DNA from: Eledone cirrhosa
Taxonomy: Eukaryota
Assembly (NCBI GenBank): GCA_964016885.1
Contig: OZ024743.1
Coordinates: 289,230,001-289,294,000 of the forward strand
Length of the DNA stretch: 64,000 nucleotides
Direction: 5' to 3'
The translations under genes and the position numbers were made by a program. Below, piece after piece: positions 58,713 through 64,000 of the stretch. How positions within the stretch are numbered: position 1 is the stretch's first letter; every line of letters starts with the position of its first letter. Under the pieces are notes generated by a model, which saw only the letters and a program-made list of their open reading frames with translations, had not been told where the DNA came from and ran no database searches.

Positions 58713-59465
58713 TTGTTATTATTAATATTTGTCTTTCTAAATGTTAAGTCAAATAGAAACAACAAAATCATAATAGAAAATAGCAACTCGAAAGGTGTTT
58801 TTCATATCAAGAAGACGGAGAGGAAACAAAAACCATGAATTTCAACACAGCATGAGAGAGTAAACTGTTGCTGTTGTTGTTGTTTTTCTTATAGCTGATG
58901 TTGTTGTTAGATTTCATTATGTTTCTCTTTGTTTTATTTTGTTTATTTCTGGTTAATTTTTGTTTTTGTTTCGGGGTGGGTCTTAGTGTTGAATGGGGTT
59001 TTATAATTTCACCTAAAACCCCGTTGAGCTCTATGAAAGAGAAACATTAATAATATCATAATATATGATGATGATGATGATGATGAGGGGGGGGGGGGGA
59101 GAAGAAGAAGAAGAAGAAGAAGAAGAAGAAGAAGAAGAAGAAGAAGAAGAAGAAGAATGAACAGAGGAGGAGTATGGTAATGGTGGAGATGTTGAAGATC
59201 ATGCCGGTGGTAGAGGCGTTGGTTTTGTGGATAATATGATGATGATGATGGAGATGATAATGATGATGATTGTGATGATAGTGGTAGCGGTGTGGTGTTG
59301 TTGGTGGTGGTGCTTATGGTAATATTAATGATACTATGATGATGATGATAAAGGACATGAGCATGATCCTCATGATGATAATCATCATCATCATCATACA
59401 ACATTGTCATCATCAACACTTCCGCCGTTATCATGATCATCATCACCACCTATTTATAAGTATAA

Positions 59466-59652
59466 GAGGGTGGTGGATTGACTGTATCGGTAGAGCGGAA
59501 TATATGCTTTAGGGCATAGCGTCATGGCCCTTTACGCTCTGAGTTAAATCCCGCCAAGGTTAACTTTGGTTTTCATCCTTACGGGGTCGATAAAATAAAG
59601 TACCAGTAATGTACTGAGTTATTGCTGGCCTTGTGCCAAAAGTAGAAGCAAT
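59466..59652 (+). mobile_element. Full-length family A SINE with TSD
   Basis: TSD ttataagtataa on both sides. Confidence 0.9.
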
Positions 59653-61271
59653 TATAAGTATAACAATAATAGAGGAATCAGCAGAAACAAATCCGATCAT
59701 AATAGATGCATTGCAGTATGGTTAAAAGAATATTTAGATAGACACATAGCCAAATCATCAGTATTTGATGGGTGTTTCGTCAGTTTGCCGAGGAGCATTG
59801 TAGTGGTTTGCTAAACGAAATGTTTGTCTCGTTAATAACCGTGTAAGTGGCTGAGTATTTCATAGATAGCTTTACACTTATAGTAATTCTCAAACGGAAT
59901 CAGAATGACACAGCATGTGACAAGACTAGACGTTTGAATTGCAGGTTCAATGTATTTGATGGGCTTTAATATGGCTTATCATATAGTTGAGTCTGCTCTA
60001 TTGTAAAAAACATATGCTAAATATTCCATTGTATCGGATCAAGCCCACATGATTTCAAAATGAAAGTTTTAACATGTAATGTCTGCGCCTATATCATCAC
60101 TTGTAAATATGCATAACGTACGAGGCGGGGATAACAAGAAAAAACTGCTAAAAAATCCCAAAAGTACGGTGGAGTTTTTTTTATGTAGAATCAATTACGT
60201 AAATATAGGGCATGAGTAAACATGCTATACAAAAGAAATAGCATGTCCCAATTAAAGGACGCCATTTATTGAGGTCAATTAACTTCACAGGTTCAACATT
60301 GTGCTTACGGCCAACTGTAAACCCTTTCTCAGCAGTCATCTCTGGCTTACATAATATGCTAAAGGTTGAACACTTCAGGCCGACTATTCTCGCCAGTCTA
60401 ACCCATATTTCAGAGAATGTGTGGCTACAACAAACGAATGGCTACAACAACCAATGAAGAAAACAAATTCAGCCAAGGTGAAGTAAAACAAATGTTATAC
60501 AACACCATATGCTTTGCCTTACTTCCTCCTCTCTGATAGTTATTTTCTTTAAATGTTTTATCAAACTCACGAAGAATGTGGCTGGTTTGGTGGGAAGTAG
60601 TTGAATCGTTGGAGCATCGGATTAAATCATTGGCGATTTAAACAGCATAGATCAGTCCAATTCCAAGCGCACGTGTTGAAGAAGAAGAAGAAGAAGAAGA
60701 AGAAGAAGAAGAAATTCGAATTAAATGACATCCATGAAAGATGAGACAGCGAGCCCAAGTAAAGGGGTTAGTGATCCAATAATTTCGCAACAAGACAGCA
60801 AAATAGAAGAAAAATCATGCTTCTTTAAAGGAGGATTTATTAGAAATGTTGTGTGAGATTAATGAAATGACTGGACATACTTCAGGTGGAATATCATCTC
60901 ATGTGGGATAAGCTGTAAGAAAATAAATTCCATTTTCTACTACTATTAAATCAGTCTTCATTGTCACTAGAGGTACAACGACACGACGACGCCCCCCCCC
61001 CCCCCCCCCCCCTCCCGACCACCTCCTTATACGGAGAACCTTTTCACCGCAAGGTTGATTTCTAGCTTCTATCGATACCTATTTTTCGCTCAGTGGAGTG
61101 GAACATTCTTTAAAACTTCCATGCTTCCCGAAATTCTCCAACACTACAGCTGATACTCCCCTTCCATACACACACACACACACCCGAGAGTGTGTGTGGA
61201 GTATATGTGTGTGTGTGTTTATGTATCATGACTCTTACTCTGTTCATTTTCCGGACTTTTCTGCATTATTC

Positions 61272-61366
61272 GAGGTTAACTTTGCTTTCATCCTTACGGG
61301 TTCGATAAAATAAAGTACCAGTAATGCACTGGGCGATTGCTGGCCTTGTGTCAAAAGTAGAAACAA
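61272..61366 (+). mobile_element. 5'-truncated family A SINE
   Basis: Family core; short TSD attattc. Confidence 0.85.
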
Positions 61367-61754
61367 TTATTCTATATAATTTTATGCACTTTTAGTAAAC
61401 TTTTAGTAAACTTTAGTGTGTTGTAGTATTCCTGAGCACTGTACACAATAATTTTTATTATTTATAAAACGAAGTCCCTTAATCATAAACAAAGCGCGCC
61501 GGTAAACATTGGGATTTCACGCAAGACCTCACTATGGCGAGACCAGCAACCTAACCACTAAGCCATGCGTCTTCACTAACTTACTACTTCGAGTAAACTT
61601 TAAGAAAATGAAAATAAATGTTAAGAAAACTAAATGGCAAAGATGGAGCTAATAATAATAATAATAATAATAATAATACAAATACGTGCCGTACGAACAC
61701 TGCACATTTATGTTAAAGTCTATATATATATATATATATATATATACTATGTAC

Positions 61755-62700
61755 GATTCTGTGGAGAAAATTGGCAGGGAATTACGTTTAAAAATGTGTA
61801 CCAAGGCCACCTTGAAGACGAAACGAAAATTAAAAAGAAAAATACCTATATTATGTTAGACAAAGAAACAGAGGTACGAAAGATAAACTAAACATAGACT
61901 TAAAATAGTTAGAAATTAATGAAGTAGACATAGTACAACACACACAAATGAAAGAACTGTTTAGGAAGAAATATTATAGACTTATTAGATTAATACTTGA
62001 AACTGAGCTAAATGCCAAAAATATGCCGTAACGATACTTTAACTGTTGCGGTAATGACGTACAGTTATATTATTCTCAACTGAACGTTAAGTGAATTAGC
62101 AAGACTAGATAGAAAAATAATGACTGCATTTAGAACACACAAGCCAAAAGCCGAAGCAGAAAGATTAAATTTACCCCGAAAACAGGCTAGTAAAGGTCAT
62201 ATGCAATTAGAAAACTATTATAAAATATCTACTGTTGAACTACAAAAATATCTCATGAATAATAAAGGGAAACTAATTTAAATACTACTAAACAAAAATA
62301 AATATTTTCTGTCTTCCTTGATGCTAATAAATCTAATAGATTAGTTAACAAACCGGTGGTAAAAGAATAGAGTAACAACTTGAGATATCATTTAAAGAAA
62401 CTAACCAAAATATAATATAAAAAGGATTACAAAATGCCATTTTAAGTTGTTGACAAGAAAATCCCCAACCTGGTCAAAACATAAGGTAATATAAATTCAG
62501 AGAAAAATATTCAGCTTTCGCTGACAAACGTAGACGCAAACCTGATATTGATATCGTCAAAAGATCAAAGACTTGCTACAAACCTATGATGAAATAGAAA
62601 GGACACTATATAATTTGTTGAGGTTGTGATTAAACCACGAAGCACAACGTTCCTAACTCAGCAGACAGGATTATAGGAATAGGAATGAGATTATATAAGT
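61755..62700 (+). mobile_element. R4/Dong-like LINE RT C-terminal fossil
   Basis: INEVDIVQHTQMKELFRKKYYRLIRLILETELNAKN..VMTYSY.ILN*TLSELARLDRK..PKAEAERLNLPRK. Confidence 0.8.
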
Positions 62701-62712
62701 ACACACTACAAT

Positions 62713-62984
62713 GCATGCATGCGCAGCAAGCAGCGTGTTGAGCCGGTGCTTATCCTGGTTTCATGGCGTGAAGCGACTGAGAGTACTAGACTCTCCCACT
62801 TGACAAGACGCCAGTCCATCACAAGGTTAAATTCCCAGCTATTGATGGTACCCATTTTTAGCTGAGCAACGTGAAATGAAGTGTTTTTGCTAAAGAACAC
62901 AACACGCAGCCCAGCCCAGGACTCGAACCCTCAACATTACGATCGTAAGCCCAACACCCTTACTACTAGGCTACGTGCCTTCAC
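62713..62984 (-). mobile_element. Full-length tRNA-derived SINE family B with 13-bp TSD
   Basis: A-box tagcctagtag, B-box ggttcgagtcc; TSD tacacactacaat at 62700-62712 and 62985-62997. Confidence 0.92.
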
Positions 62985-64000
62985 TACACACTACAATTGG
63001 TATCACAAAATAACAAAATGACAATACATTCAGAAATGCTGTTTCTTAAAGGCGCATATTATAAAGTTATCATCCAAAGAGTAATAATAAGAATAAAAAT
63101 ATGTCTTCTAATCAATACAAAGTAATATGTTTATATCTGGTTCTTAACCTGATCAGTGTTACCCATTTGCGGTGTTCATAACCCAGGAGAAGATGGTAAG
63201 TGTCTAGGGCGCACATTGTGGTCGATGGATGTAATTATAAGGTTTATTAGAAATAAAATATTTAGACCAAATACAATACATATATTTTAGAGACATTTTC
63301 CAAGCATCTTTGTTGGTGTTAGAAGATGAGTAGGACATTATTCTAAGTGAGCAGAAAGTGTTACAATGTTTGTGATGCTTCTTTTACATCTAAAATAATA
63401 CATTTTGTAATCAGAATAATCTTAGTTTTAAATTAGTAAATATTGTTTTGGGAATATTTAAATTTTTTACATTTTCTTTTGTATTCGAAAACAAGTTAGC
63501 CATATACTAATACATGTGTTTGATTCGTAACAAGGAAAATTGCATTTTATTTAAAGTTGAGACTGTAAATGTGATTTTGCTCTAATTGTTTTATTTACAA
63601 CAAATAATAACTATTTCTGAATTTAGTCTAAATAGGATAAAATAAGATGTTGAACTTAGGGCCGGAAATTCTACAGCAATTCATTTTGGTCGACGCTCCA
63701 ACAATTCTATCAATACAGCAGCCATATTAACGTGTACCTGTGTAGGTATAATTTCATTATGTTAGTCATCGTCTTTATTGGTAATGCTCATAAAGAAATA
63801 AAGTAGAAATTAATAGTCAAAGCAAATATCTAAACAAAGGCCCATGCTGGTTAGTATAGTATAAGAAAGTAAAAATAATAAACCACTGCACAAAATCCAC
63901 TGTATTTGATTAAAATAATCTAATGTTTTGGGGTGCTGCAAAACACGCGAAGAGCAACTTTGCAAAACATCATTTCATAAAAGAGAACGCTGAAATTCAA

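Noticed and set aside
57246-59655. Clustered similar repeats as a CRISPR-like array
   Set aside because: They are interspersed SINEs with variable spacing, orientation and TSDs in eukaryotic DNA.
62910-62984. tRNA gene
   Set aside because: The tRNA-like head continues into a SINE body and is bounded by a TSD.

Overview
AT-rich, repeat-saturated eukaryotic intergenic or intronic DNA. The microsatellite load and SINE/LINE repertoire resemble a cephalopod (Octopus-like) genome, which is an inference only. I found no intact host gene, rRNA, true tRNA or CRISPR array, and most ORFs in the track are translated microsatellites. Recognisable content: one well-preserved but inactivated Penelope-like element (PLE; RT plus GIY-YIG) with ~820-860 bp inverted terminal repeats, several older PLE fossils, three RTE LINE copies (two with 5' inversions), two R4/Dong-like fossils, L1/Tx1-like and CR1/L2-like 3' ends, mariner and pogo remnants, a 67-bp MITE, and about 20 tRNA-derived SINEs, several with clear target-site duplications. 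The main unexplained structure is a recurring class of short non-coding inserts in (TA)n tracts that carry minimal type-I hammerhead ribozyme (HHR) motifs, or halves of them, and are mostly built as fold-back hairpins. Examples are a 519-bp palindrome with an HHR on each strand, a 424-bp terminally redundant retrozyme-like unit, an HHR with a very long stem II, and a variant CAGUUGA core. All alignments and folds were done by eye; coordinates of degraded elements are approximate.
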